Positions 10,343-23,800 of a stretch of DNA of 64,000 nucleotides are shown here, piece after piece. Each line of letters opens with the position of its first letter. Within the stretch, counting starts at the first letter, position 1. The translations under genes and the position numbers were made by a program. The notes beneath the pieces were generated by a model. The model was not told the origin of the DNA and searched no databases. It was given only the letters and a program-made list of their open reading frames with translations. Origin of the DNA: Klebsormidium nitens (lineage: Eukaryota > Plantae > Klebsormidiophyceae); NCBI GenBank assembly GCA_000708835.1, contig DF237388.1:1-64000 (forward strand), given 5' to 3'.

Positions 10343-11770
10343 CAGCCTCGTAAAGACTCCTCGCGCAGTGTCTGCCTGTGTGTTGTGTTCGTCACGCGGG
10401 GTTGCTTGCAAGCAGACTGCAGGCGGTCATTGATGTAAAGCAGCTCTGAAATTTGAGAATGCACTCACTTTTTGCCGGTCAGGTTGCCTCGGTCAATGAA
10501 GCCCTGTGCAATGAGGTCGTAGTCCTTTGCGTTGACGACACCGTTGCCGTCTGCGTCCAGCTGGCGGGCAAAGTGCTTCATCTGCGCCCACACCATAGAA
10601 TGGTCTGAGATTCCTTGGGATAGCCTGAGCTCAAAGATAATCTCTGAAATATTATTCAGCTGTTTCTATCGCTCTAGAGATTTCGTTCAGGACCTTGTGG
10701 AGAGGAGGTGGGAAGAAGCTGCAGGAAAAGACTGAGCAAAGGCGAACAATAAGAAAATACCTTGAAAATACCAGCACAAGACATATTTGCCCCTCAATAA
10801 GATGCGCCCAAATCCGCAAGTCACGTTATCCACTTGCCGCCAGGATATTGCACAATGCATGGGTCTACTAGAATGTAAGCTGTAACCATGTACGCAAGAC
10901 TGATGGAATAGATGCTTAAAACTTCTAAAAGGGAGCTATTTATGACATGAGCAAGAGTCACAGCTGCTGGTTAAGTTGGAGGTGCCAATCCGAACATTCC
11001 CTGAAGGAAGGCCCCCTTGTGAACCGTCAAAGCATCTTTCAAAGCGCTGCACTCTTCATAGGTTTGGCTTCATCATTTTCCAAATTCCCTTAAAGTGATC
11101 AAAGTTGCCACTTGACTCTTGAGAAAGCGGCGCACATTCAAGGATATAGAAGCGCTAAGTGACTAATTTGCAATGAGGGCAGCATGGGCAGAGAAGCAAC
11201 CCGAAGAAAAGTGAGCCCTCGGCATTCCATCTCTGCAGATGTAAAAGGTCTGAATGCCTGCAGCATTATAGTGTAAGCGGCACCGGAGAGTGAGCAACAC
11301 TTTCAAGGGCCACTTTCAAAATGACAAGATGATGCCCGCTGATCTTATCTCTGCCCTTTGTTGCAAAGTTACTACAGCTGGCCTACAACTTTAGCGGAAA
11401 GAGGGTCTGCACGGCAGCGCCGTAGTGGTCAGAACCTGAACGGTGTGTTGCTCTCCTTTTCAATCCGTCTGCTAGCGCTAAACACTTGCCAAATGCTTGG
11501 CACCCATCTCTTGGACTCCAAAGATCCCTCTACAAACAGCGTTATTGCTCACTAAGCATTCACCCTGGTTATCTGATGCATTTACATCTGCCCCTTCTGA
11601 GGCGTCCGCTAACATGCAAATTCCATCTGCAAGCTGCGGGGGCCATTGACGGTGTATGATAAGAGAAGGATAGATCAAGAACCAGAGCACCTTACCTTGC
11701 GCACCCAAAAGTCGCTCCCGAGGAAGTCCGCCTCCACATCGAGCAGATGCATGTTCGGATGAGCAACCAT
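10343..11770 (-). pseudogene. 5' fragment of an SCP / calerythrin / coelenterazine-binding-protein-like EF-hand gene (3 exons, 1-nt frameshift, 3' half not found)
   Basis: Exon 1, 11770-11696: gccaccATGG Kozak, MVAHPNMHLLDVEADFLGSDFWVRK, donor GTAAGG. Exon 2, 10581-10469: after cgcag, MKHFARQLDADGNGVVNAKDYDLIAQGFIDRGNLTGK plus AA, donor GTGAGT; canonical EF loop DADGNGVVNAKD. Exon 3, 10375-10343: after cacag, ADTARGVFTRL, donor GTGCGA. Exon 2 ends in phase 2 but the homologous frame of exon 3 needs phase 0. Confidence 0.75.
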
Positions 11771-12456
11771 GGTGGCAGACACGCTGACGTGATCCAACGT
11801 CGGGGGGCGCTTGTAAGAGCTGCGGCTTTGGGACGTACCACCTTCCGACTTCTGTCACCTGTGTATGCTGGTGCCCGTTAGACCTCTGAAAGTGAAAGAT
11901 GCTGAATCCTGAACAACGTCCTTCGTTGCAATGCCAAGAGTCACAGGAAAGTTGGACTGCTAGACACCGGGGCCGAACTTGAGTTCCAGTGACGCGCGCT
12001 CAGCCTTCGAGCAGTAGACTATGAGTCTATGAAGCAGTAGACTCTAGAGCCATTACTTCGCGCAACTGGGGGCCATTATTGATGGACCGGGTATTGTTCA
12101 ACGGTCGTCATTTAGGCCCCGAGGAAATTTTCCTTCCACATAGTACCAGGACTATATACCGGCTTCCATTTGAGTGGAGAGGTCAGCCTTTCTCTAGTCG
12201 GTTGAGACTAGCCAACACCCAAATCGAAGTCGGTGATAAATCCTTCTGAACGACCGTACTGCCGGTCGAGCCCCCGGTCCGTCATGGGCAATCTACCACT
12301 AGGAATGACGACAGGATCGTGATTCGTGACGTTTTGTGCTGACGACGTGTCCAATTATGGTACCTAGTTTGACGTCACGGTCAAGTCAGTCACAATATCG
12401 CGTCGGATCGCATGCCATGATGATGTTGCCGTACCAGTCGTTTTCGCCGGGTTGCG

Positions 12457-12534
12457 TTTGTACATCGATCCATTCGACGGCTGTGGTATAAGTATAGGCA
12501 CCAACCACAGCCGTCGATTGGATCGATGTACAAA
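12457..12534. repeat. Near-perfect 31-bp inverted repeat with 16-nt loop (hairpin)
   Basis: tttgtacatcgatccattcgacggctgtggt (12457-12487) versus accacagccgtcgattggatcgatgtacaaa (12504-12534); one mismatch. Confidence 0.92.
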
Positions 12535-14097
12535 ACCAACCACTCGACGCGCGCGGAGAACATCTTGAAGCAGGTGAACATTGGCCAAGCTTGGTGCCAA
12601 CAGCAACCTTGTTTCAAGTTGTATGCTACACGAGTACAGTACATGAGTAGGTAATAGAGGGTACCTATACGAGTGCAATACAGGAGCCTAGCTTCTTGTA
12701 TCCTAGGTTCCTGAAGTAAACAACCGGTACTGTAGCGACTAGGTAACTACAGTAGTAGCTGTAGCTGTGCTTCGTGTCGAGCTCACTCAAAACCTCTTCA
12801 ACGGCTACTTCACCTGATTTTAGCAACAGCCAGAGCATCTGAGATTGTTGGAGAGGTACATCTCAACCTCTGATAGCTGCCAGCAAGCCTTGAGCTTCCG
12901 CCCTTAAGCCAGCCGTCAACACATTCAAATATGCCGCCAGAGTTTGCCAGACAGTGCTACGTACCTGCTGATTCTATCCAGAGTTCGCTGGCTCAGAGTC
13001 AAAGCTAATCCTACTCAGTCTGCAACCTAATGTTGGTCTTCTGGGGTGACAAAAGACAAACCCACCTACACTGTTGAGTGCAATCTTGATCACCAGATCC
13101 TTGGTAGGTCTTTCAGTTTCTTCTTGAGCTCGACAGTCTGGTGCATGAGCTCACGGTTGACCACGAATACCTACCCACTGCCTTCGTTAGCTTGGATCCG
13201 AGTTCTATACCTACCTCGTACAGATCAGCTGATTAGACCGTACTTTCCATTTGTGCAATCTGGTTGACAACCTCGACAGACTTACTGTTTCTTGGCACCT
13301 CAATTTCGCACATTCATGGAAGCGACACCTCAACTCCCTACAGAGCTTGAAACGTAGCTGCATTTCCAGCTTATCCCATGAGAAGGGAGCTTCTGCAAGG
13401 AGCATTGAGTGCGTCTGTCTGTCTTGGACGGTTCATCTAGCTGCAAGCGCGAGGCACGCGCAACCCTCGCAGCACGCCTGCATGATCTTGTACCAAGGTG
13501 AGCTCATTCTGCTGCTTTCGCCGCACGATTCTTTCACTTGCGTCTTTGAGCTAGCAACACGACTTCAGATCATCTCAATGCGAGCTCTGCCCGCTTCAAC
13601 TACAATCTGTTCTATCAGATCTGCAGCTACCTTGTTTGTAGCTCGCTGTGTTTGTGTCCTTTGTCCGAGCTGACAAAGTTCGCTTGTGGAACCTGATTAC
13701 CCGCTCAATTTCGTCATACCCGCTCCATTCTAGCTGGACCTGACAATATTGCTTGGCGGCACATTGGGTCTGGCTGATCAATCTACAATGAGTTGCCCAA
13801 CTTATGATCCACCGCAAGTCGAGGTGTTTTGCTTGCCGTTTCAGTGCACAAGTTTATGCAACTGAAAGGTTCTGGAAGTCTATACTGACTACCACTCTAC
13901 TTTGCCTAGAATTGAAGCTGCCAGTAAAGTATAAGCTTGAGCTTGCGGAGCTCAAAACAAGGTCGATTCCCGTCAGCTAAATGATATTTTCTGCAAGCTC
14001 CTGTTCCAACTGCACCCCAGACTAAGAGCGTGAATCTGGAAAGTCAGCAGAAGGGGCAAACCCCAGAAAAGCAGTCACAAAGCTGACCGGATTCACC

Positions 14098-17000
14098 ATG
14101 GGTTCTCTTGTAGGATTCATCCTATCACGCCTTTGGAGAGCCATCATTAGAAGACCGCCCCTGAAAGCAGACCCAATGGACTCGGCCGTCTTGGACAACG
14201 GCCCCAGTTCCGCTTCCAACACTCCGACGCGCCGGCGTATCCACGGCTTCTCCGACAAACACGTGGACGAAGCGCGCGCGTCGGGCTCGCTCCAGCGCGC
14301 AGTTTGGTCGAGCCTCGCGGAGAAGTCGTCGCGGCAATGGACCCACACGTGGGAGAACACGGTCTTCTCCCCCGAGAAGAAGCTGGGCAACGTGCTGCTA
14401 ACCACCGCTAACCACCTCCGGAGTGCGGCCAACCACGTGCAGGACTCGATGGGTAGCGGGGGGAGCGGGTATAAGGTTGGGGCGGGGGTTAAGACCGCGT
14501 TCTTGCTGTTGCTTCTGGTGGGGGTTGTTGGGGTTAGTTTGTATGGAACGAAAGAGAGCGTTGAGGGGGAGTGGAGTGTGGGTGGAAGGAGGTTGCAAGC
14601 GGGAGGGGGTTTGAGGAGGGGACCGGAGCTGCCAAAACCAGTCCTGAGGAAAAAGTCATTGCATGTAAGTCTTACACACCTTCTAAGCAGTAAAGCTAGT
14701 CTTAAAGCTGCTAAGCTTGACCTTTCGGCTCTGCGTTTGAATGTAGGAAACAGCAAGCTCAGCGCAGGTAAGTGTCACAGGGCTTGAACATTTGAATGCA
14801 ATGGTTTCTATGTCTTTGACATTCGATCTGAGGCGCCTTCAAGTTATTCAGTGTCAAGCACCTACTCTGAGTCACGACCTTGACCTTGCTTGCTTGTGAG
14901 TTCAAGTTGAATAGGCAAGCTAATGTCAGAGGCTATGTTTCAAACCGCGAAACATGAGCAGATTGCACAAACAGCAGTACCAACGAGAGCGTAGTTTCTC
15001 ATGTTTTCCTTCCTTTGCAGGCAAGGCGATACCTAGCTGACAAATTGCTCATACCGGCACAAGACCCCGTGCCAGAAAGACTCAAACAGCTGGCGGGCAG
15101 CAAAAACAAAGCGCTTCGGAAGATTCTGATAGATGGTGGCAAGGGGACGACAAACGGGCTGGACTCGTTGACTCCCCTCAACTCGACTTGCAAAGATGGG
15201 AAGAGACTCATCGTCGACCCAGGTTAGACATCTTCTCTCCGCAGTCTCAAAGCGCTTCACGAACTTTGTTACTCCAAACTTGTAATCCCAGCTTTGACGC
15301 CTTTTCAGATGTTGTATGGAAAGACGGCTCTAGCTTTCGTTTCCTAATCACTAACCAGCTGGACTGTCTTTGATGCGTGACGCCTTCTCGAGTACTGAAT
15401 TTTGAATGCAAATCATCGTTGCGCCGTCGACTAAGCTGCGGACCATTCCCTTCGAAAAGCCAATGATCACAACAAACCCAATCGAAGGACTTCATATCTG
15501 CGAGACTGCAGGACAGCATACTTTAGAATAGGCGGATTTCGAGCGTTCCATTCTCTCCGAAAGCTGCCCACAAAAGCAGACAGCCCCACTAAGCCTTATA
15601 ATGTTTGATTCTCTTGCAGTCCTTCCGGAGAGCAACGGTTATCTCATGGTTCAGCTAAACGGGGGCCTTAACCAGCAGAGGGCGTCTATCGCAAACGCTG
15701 TCGCCGTTGCGTGGATGCTGAACGCGACGCTAGTGCTCCCGTCGTTAAGGGAGAACGCCTTTTGGCAAGACAACAGGTGAGACCTTCTTCCCGTGATCAG
15801 TGCCGCTTTTCTCCCCGATGCAGCTCGTTTGCCAAATACCTCGACGTCGAACACTTTACGGACGTCCTCAATTCTCGGACACCGTTCTAGCGTCCTCTTT
15901 TCAAGCAAATCAGGCTAGATGTTATAAAAGCACAGCTCAACTGATCGCGCCGAAAAGCAACCAGCTTTCTTCAACACGCCCCTTCCTTTTCCGCCACAGC
16001 TCGTTCGCCGAAATCTTCGACGTCGAACACTTCACGGACGTTCTTTCGGACACCGTCCGCGTCGCGTTCCAGCTGCCGATGCCGCTCCAGTACATCAAGG
16101 CGACCAAGATCGACCCGCCCGCTGACGCGAGCGCCGAGTACTACCTGAAAGAAGTGCTGCCGGTGCTAAAAAGAGAACAGGTCGTCACGCTCAGGCCTTT
16201 CACCGACAGGTGAGGACCCAGTTCTAAATGGATGGTTTGCGAGGAGATGGGTCGAACTTGGTTGCGAGACTGCCCAAAAGAAAGCCCTTTCTTGATCCTT
16301 GCTGGGCGAGATTCTTTCGCTCGTTTACGTAGTGGGTCCAAACAAGGCCGCGCCTAAATCAATCCAGCCCCCTCTCCCCCCCCCCCAAAGTTGCCCCACA
16401 CAGAAAAATGTGGGGTCAAAAGCGTGTCCTCAGACAGCGCGACTAACTCAAATCCCATTTTTTCCTCCGCCAGGTTGTCCCACACGGACGTCCCACCCGT
16501 TACGCAGTGGGTACGTTGCAAGGCCAACTTCGAAGCCCTTCGATTGGCGCCCGCGCTCGAAGAGATCGGGCGGCGCATCGTGCAACGGCTGACGTTGTAC
16601 GGACCGTTCGTGACGATCCACCTGCGCTTCGAGGACGACATCCTGGCGTGGTCCGGCTGCCGGTATGACGTCAGCAGGAAGGAGCAGCAGAAGTTCAAGG
16701 GTGAGCTGCGGGTGGTCGTGACGTCAGTAGGAGTGAAGATGAGCGTTTTCTACACCGGTACAGATGCAACCCAGGATTCTATCGTTTGGAAGGCGTTAAA
16801 GTCACACGAACAGCATCGATGTAAGAGTAAGGTGTGTTGTTTAGTGAAAACGAGATTTATTTCTGATGGCCTTTTTATCGTCACCTTCGCCGCCAAAAAG
16901 GGCCAGCAAAGGACGTTGCGCGCGCACATACCGTCAGAAAAGAGTACCCATTCTTTCGTTGAACATGCGGGGGAAAAAAGGTCCTTGAAACCGACCTGTC

Positions 17001-19157
17001 AAGTTGCGCAGCGAGAGGGCCCGAGACGGAGACGGAAGTGTACAGACACGCGACTGACATCTTGCCACGTGTCCTCGCGCAGACATGCGCAAGATGCTCG
17101 GGTGGTCGTACCGGGAGGAGCTGGGATCACCGGAGGAGAAGCGAAGCGAAGGGCAGTGCCCGCTAACCCCGGAGGTGAGGAAAGAAGCCGGTTACACCGC
17201 CTATTCTTTGTGTTTCTCATTTAACACTCTCTTTTTGTAGCTTTGCCGAAATGTGTAGTTCGAACGGCTGCGCTCTGTCCTGCGTTCGGAAGTGCCTGGA
17301 GGCTTTTTCAATCTAGTATCTTTAAACCTCTAAGACTCTCAATCGATTCGTGCGGAGCTTCTTCGAGTCGAGGCCTCTCAAGTCGTTTGCACTGGTCACG
17401 AGTTACCACAAAGCCGCGATATCGAGATTTAGATATTAGCTGCGGACAAGAGTTCTGATCTTTGCAGTTTAGCGATCGAAGGAGTGAAGCGGTCAAGTGA
17501 CACACTTTGCTCAACTCCCTGCCCGTGTCATGTATCAAACGGACCGGTTTCTTCTCAGCTGCTAATGTGAGGCCGCATTTGCGTGTGCACATCGGGCCCC
17601 GGGGGCCGGGGTGGGGCCGTACAGTGTACACCAAACCTGACCCGGCCGGGCCGAAACGGGGGAATCGCTGTCGCCAAAGATCGCAATTTCGACCGTCTCC
17701 ACTGGTCTTTTAACTCCAGACGACAAAGCCTCGCATTTATTGCCGATCTCGAACCATCACAAATGCTTGTTCCTCACTCAGTTTAAGAGCCCCAAAGTTT
17801 AAGCACCCAGAAAGTCACTTCTGGCTCAGAACTAAACCGTCCATCCTAAACCCCGCAGGAAATCGGGCGGTGGCTGCGCGGCCTCGGCTACTCGTCGCAC
17901 GCGCAGATCTACCTAGCGTCCGGCAAGATCCACAACGAAGAGGAGTCGCTAGCCAAGCTGCGGACGATCTTCCCCAATCTGCGGCGGAAAGAGAACGACC
18001 TCATGAGCCGCGAGGAGATGGAGGTGTTCGGCGGGCACGCGTTCCAAATGGCAGCGCTCGACTTCTACGTTGCCGCGCACAGGTGAGCGCGGAGTATGAA
18101 ACTTAAAATGAAAGGCAATCGGTGAAAACTCGCCAGCTCAACTGCACAAGTCGACCTCTTGTTTGGAAACGGAATCAATTGCAGGCAGAAGCTCGTACAT
18201 CAAAACGTTCTGATCTGGGCCAAATAACTTCCATCACGCAAAGTCATGGGCATCTTGTTCTTACCAAGATGCGCACGGACTTCTCAATCAAGGTCGTTCA
18301 AAGAGCAGCATTCATCAGCCAGAGAACTTATGCTGCCCGGCCAATCACCGGCCGCCCTCTTTTCCTCACCGACTTCCGGTAGAATCCATCCTAACCCCCG
18401 TAGATGACTTGGTGCTCAAGCCGCCAATCCCACCAACTTCTGTCCCTAATTGCTAAACCCAACCGCTGACGTCCCTTTGTCCGTTCGCAGCGACGTCTTC
18501 GTGGCCCCCTTCCCGAGCAACATGGCGGACCTAGTGGTCGGGGAGCGCGTTTACACTCGGCGCCCCGGGCAGGTGCTGGTCCCCGAGGACCGCAAGGAGC
18601 TCACCCGTCTGCTCGACGACACTGACCTCAGCGAGGACGAGTTCGCGGCGCAGGTGAGACGACGTTACGTCAACTGGTGCAGGGTTTGGTGGCGTTGAGG
18701 TAATGATAGAAGGGACTCCGATTTGCTAAAACCACAACTCTTTGAACAGGGTACTGAGAAGAAGCAGAAGCCTGACCCGTCCCATAATGAATTCAATAAC
18801 GGTCCGGAATTAGGTATCTTTCGGTCCATCCAGACAAACAGATTCTTTCCAACTGATTTGCTGGAGAGAGGGACGTTGCGATACACTCAACTTTCAAAGG
18901 TCGGCGAAATGCGACGCCAAGAACCTTCTTGAATCCAGATTCTTCCGGATGATACTCATAAAAGTTGCAGGGCCGCCTTGTGTAAGTTGGGATCTGACAG
19001 CTGGCATCTTTTCCCGCAGGTGAAAGCGCTCCGCAAGACGTCCATGTCGAAATTCGGCCCCGAGGGGCCGGTGTACAGTAACCCGCAGAGACCCGACTCG
19101 GTTTACGCTAACCCAAGGAAGCACTGCCAGTGCGACGACTCGGTTTCAGAGATGTAG
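14098..19157 (+). CDS. Plant O-fucosyltransferase-family (PF10250-type) type II membrane glycosyltransferase
   Basis: Exons: 14098 (or 14176)-14664, 15021-15222, 15620-15776, 16000-16209, 16474-16700, 17083-17174, 17859-18082, 18491-18653, 19020-19157 (TAG). All GT-AG and phase-consistent. Motifs: TM anchor AFLLLLLVGVVGVSLY, SNGYLMVQLNGGLNQQR, IFDVEHF, RCKANFEALR, IHLRFEDD, GQCPLTPEE, IYLASG, MAALDFYVA, SDVFV, VYANPRKHCQC. Confidence 0.93.
15800..15890 (+). repeat. Degenerate intronic copy of the acceptor and 5' end of O-fucosyltransferase exon 4
   Basis: gatgcag|ctcgtttgccaaatacctcgacgtcgaacactttacggacgtcctc (15824 onward) versus the real ccacag|ctcgttcgccgaaatcttcgacgtcgaacacttcacggacgttctt (16000 onward); offset 176 bp. 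The copy frameshifts to TAG. Confidence 0.85.
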
Positions 19158-20821
19158 ATACCCTGTACCAATTCCAACCACTTTCCAGTCCATATTTATA
19201 TCGTCCTACTTTAGTCATGCCAGATCTGGCAACCAGACGTCCTCAGTTCTCTAGGTAGAGACCGCTATGCTAGTTTGATACGCAGCATCGCTTTGCTCTT
19301 GGTTCCCTTTCACCAATCGGACCGTCGTCCCGTGACAACGAAAGTTGTCAACTTTCACTCCGGGGAGTTTAGGTAGCACGAGAAAGGATCGTAGAACGGG
19401 GTTTTGGTCCATGCAGAGTTTCACACTTATCTAACCCACGCTTACTTCGATAGTTGAAGCTGAACAATTGACGGTTCTCTCTGCAATATCGGCTATGCGC
19501 ACGGCGGCGTGCAAACTTGAAGGCACGCGAAACGGACGTATTTTTAAGGGTGGCGGCCAGCGGCTAGCATAAATAGGCCTGCAGATCAGCAAGGGTCGTT
19601 GAGTGTTGGACAAGAAAATGATCAAGCTATAGAGCAATCAATTGTGTCAGATCGCCCTAATTGCTGATCCGATCGACTCGGGGTGACCACCGCAGTTCGT
19701 GAATTCGTGAATGTTGAACGTGTCCGATTTAAAAGCAGTTTCAACCTGTAACAGTTGATTTATCTTGCGCAGAGCTTGGCGCAAATTGACGATCGGTATC
19801 GGACATGTTATCATCTAAGCGGGCCCTGTTGACCTCATGACTATGCCTCAGTGCATGACACTAGTCAGGCCGGCCGCCGGCTGGAGATAAGCTCCGAGCC
19901 TGCATGTGTCACTCCACCAAATCGATACGTACGTCTAGCCTGGCTGCACGTGCCGGTCAAAATCTCATGCAGCATACGCTTTTCATCATGATGATGAGTC
20001 TGTAGAGACGGGCCCAGCATATATCGTCTCCGACAGTTTTGGCAGCAGCCTGGCTGGCAAACGTTGACAGTGAGTGAATCGCTAGGCGCGCTTGATCGTG
20101 ATCATGCACACGCGCGCGCGACCAGACGAATCTTGTCAAAATGCATTAAATGTGGCCCGGTATTCGCTAATTGTCCTGCATGTCGGACGGTTCAATCGAG
20201 CCCATTGAACCGTCCCGACCACAGCTATGTCATAAGTTCGTTTCTTATGCAAGTGAGACTGTGGTGGTGACAGTCGGGGGCTCGGGTGAAGCGAGCCACA
20301 AGCACGGTAGCCCATTGCTAAACCGGTTTTGAGATCTACAAACGGCAGTCGCGCGGCGTGTCCGATCAATGTACATCCACCAAGCACTGGTGGACAATAC
20401 CGACTGAAGCGCACTCTATTGCGTTGGCAGCTTTGGCTAACCTGAATTTCTGCTAGACGACGCACGTCAGCACGTTATGCGAACAAGGTACCCTCGTTTG
20501 CGAGCTTAACAAGATTACACTTTGTCTAATTGAGCTACTGGTCGCTTGAGACCTGCAAAGGAATGAAAACGCGTCAGCAAAACCCCGCTTTCTTCCAAGA
20601 GGGTCAAACCGATCATTGAGCGGAAAGTATGTGAACCCACTGGGGTATTCTGTCGGCAGAAAGCACAAAGAGAGGTGACCGGACCGTCGTTGTCATTCCC
20701 TGTATCCTGGCACTTCTACTTGGCTGATTCGAGTCAGTTGCTTGCTCTCCAAAACCCTCGGGCTGGCCACTGTGGTACCCCTTCTGATTCTGCTCCAGAT
20801 TACAGCCATGAAAGGCTTCGG

Positions 20822-23800
20822 CTATTGCCACAATTTACCTTGGTAGCACACTCGACATGGCCGCGTTCATTCTTGAGTAGACGTTTTCCACGATTGCTTC
20901 GATTGCTCCATGTACTTAAATTGTTAGGAAGGCTCACCTTCTAGCACGCTTGCGATGGCCGGAGTCGGCACGTGCACCCCCACCACGCGGCGCCCATCGT
21001 CGGTCATCTCCAGCCGCACCACCCGCAAGCGCCGGTCGCCGATTCGTTCCTGCAAATCAAAAGCGCAATCATTAGGCGCAGTCATTAAGCACCCGTTACC
21101 AAAGCCTGCGGCGCCATTCCAAGACTCACGGAAGGGACCGACGCGAGGGTCGTCAAGCGGACCGAGCTCGTTCGAGTACCCATGAAAACACGATGTAAGT
21201 GCGGAGAGCAATAAACGAGGTGTCAGAAGAACGTGCCTTTGGTTGATAACAGCTGATCAATAGCAGATTCGCCTTTATGGAAAGGTGCAAACCCGTCGCC
21301 AATCGTCGCGAACAAGGTTACAACCCGCAGCCTTGATCTAGTGATGCGGGAAAGTGACTCGCATGGCAGATCAATGCATCAGGGCGACATAAACTGCAGA
21401 GACATGGAACACGTAAGCCGGAACGACGACTTGATCAAGGAGCACAGCAACGGACCTGTTTGGAGAGGGCCTTTTCCACGATGCCCCACACCGGCAGGAT
21501 TAGTCCGTTCAAGATGTGGAGCTCGTTGACGCGCCGGCCGACCGAGCACGCGGACTGCCACTTGCACTTGGGGCCGTGCATGCACTGCACAGGGGATGAA
21601 ACGACCTTCAGGAACGGTGCGCGGGATCAACCTCTGACCGAGTGTTGCTTAGAAAGATGGTAAGAATGCATCTCGGAGACTGGGCAAGAGGTACATACAT
21701 TATCTGCAAAAGTGGTCAAAAATAGGTAATAAAATTATCTTCATGTACTTTTTTGTTCAGCGCAAATGATAAAAAAGAAGATATGAATAAGACTTACATA
21801 GTCAAACTCAGATACTTTGGAATCCTATGTCCTCACTAGCGACCGGCCCCCCCTGCAACTGCTCAGCAGCTTGGCAAACGAAGGCCTCCTCTATCAGGTG
21901 CGGAAGAATACAGCTTCCTGAGATTGAATAATCAAAGTAGCTGTTTCTCGCTCATCTGAAAACACACCGACAAGACAAGTCTGTTCGCGTATCCGGAGCT
22001 TCACCCACTCAACCATGTCCAAGGTAGCTAAAGACGATGTTTTGGCGGTCTTTTTTCCGGCGCACCTGGCTGGCCGAAGCGTCGAAGTCCATGGTCCAAG
22101 CCGCTTTCGCTGCGTCCTCGCTCGCCACTTGTTCGTACTTGAGCCGCAGCTCCGCCTGCGGCATCTCTCTGCTCGGAAACGGAATTCAGCTATCAGCTTC
22201 TGGTATCAAAATTACATCCTGCCCTTTGACAGATCGTTGACACGAAGCAGTCTGCTTTTCAAACGAGCCGTGCTCGGTCGGCTGCTCGAGGTTGATCAGG
22301 AGCGAGAAACACGAGTAAGTACGTCACGCAGAAAAGTATCCAAAAACACACGCAACGTACACAAGAAAGAAGCGGGCGGATCTGTGTGTGGCTCGCGAAT
22401 TCCGTTCAAGGAACTTTCTTTTCAGCTTGCGCACTTCTTTATTTACATAAGATACCATTTACTCCAAGCAGAATCAACGCTTGATTTTTAGCACTTTTTG
22501 CATCAGACTGTAATCCTTCCGACAGACTCCTGACCTCAGGGGGTGAAGGGTGAGAGCGTTGATGGAATTAGGGACGTACCTTCCCGCACGCCCACTTGCC
22601 GGACGATAGATGGTGAACAGGGGCGCCGAGGAGTCAAAGCTGCATCCAACAAAGCGAACGCTCAGATCTGCAGCTAGAGGTTTCGTCTCGTTCATCGAAG
22701 CGTGCAGCATTCAAGGCACGGAAGATTCCATCGGCTTTCCCTTAACTGCGACTGCTTCTGCTTGTCACGAAAGTCTACATGGACTTCTGTATACTGACGG
22801 CCCCAAAGAGTCGCTAAAAATAAACGGTCGTGTCACCAGCTAGACCTGCTAATTTGTTGGCTCGTCACTTTTTCCGGAATGTTGCCTAGACAATCGTCAG
22901 AAGACGCAACGTTGAATTGAGTCGATGTAACAGGGTGACAGACTTCTCACCTTCGCACAGCCAGCAGTGAGTGTTTCCTCCCAAGCCACTCCCGTCGCGA
23001 GATGTAGAACCCGTTGCCTGGGTCCTCAGCTGGAGCCGCTTCCAAGGCCGCGCTTGCGTCCTGCAATCAGCAGACAACAACAATCGATTGCATCGTCATG
23101 CCCCCCTCTTTAACAAGTGTTTTTCAGATGGCCTCCCCTTAAGTGGAGCCGTTCTCTGAACGCCCTGAGCAGCAACCCGTTTGCCAAATTAAGGATGTCC
23201 TGCGCTGGAGTCTATTGACTCACGTCGACGATACCTGACGTCAGTCTGGCTGCACTGTGGGCCCAAGGCCAGCCATGCTGACCAGGCCTCTTGTCACCGT
23301 TCCTTAAGTTGCAGCTTTAGTACACTGACTGCATCCAACGGATATACTAAGTTGTCAAAAAAGAAAGAGAAAGCGTCTTTTGAAGTCCTGATCGCTGCTG
23401 AAATCCTGAAAGCGCACCAGATGACGGGAAAGACAGGCCAGCTTCGGTCAAGGGCGACAAAGCCCGTTACAATGCAAACCAGACGCTCACCTCAAACGGC
23501 AACCCCCGGTCCACCTTGACCACGCAGTGCAGCGTGGCGGCCGACCCGGACGCTTCCCGGAACACTTCCTCCGGTTCTCCGTCGAGAGCCACCCGGGCTC
23601 CCCGCATCTCGACGATGCCCGTGTCGAAGTGACCGGTGCGCCGCGCCTCGAGAACCAGGGCGTCGAAGTTGGCCACGAAAAAGTCGAATAAGCTGCGGGG
23701 AGGACACTCGCTTCAATAAGAAGTTGAGCGGATGCACGGCTATGAGTAAACCCCACACCCTGACAATCTCATAAGTGCGAGCCGACTGACAACGAAACTG

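Noticed and set aside
14665-14787. Alternative donor at 14768 extending O-fucosyltransferase exon 1
   Set aside because: It gives phase 1, incompatible with the phase-0 start of exon 2; the donor at 14665 keeps the frame.
16701-17224. Extension of the 277-aa ORF 16391..17224
   Set aside because: Intron read-through; only 16474-16700 matches the family, and the next exon (17083-17174) is in another frame.
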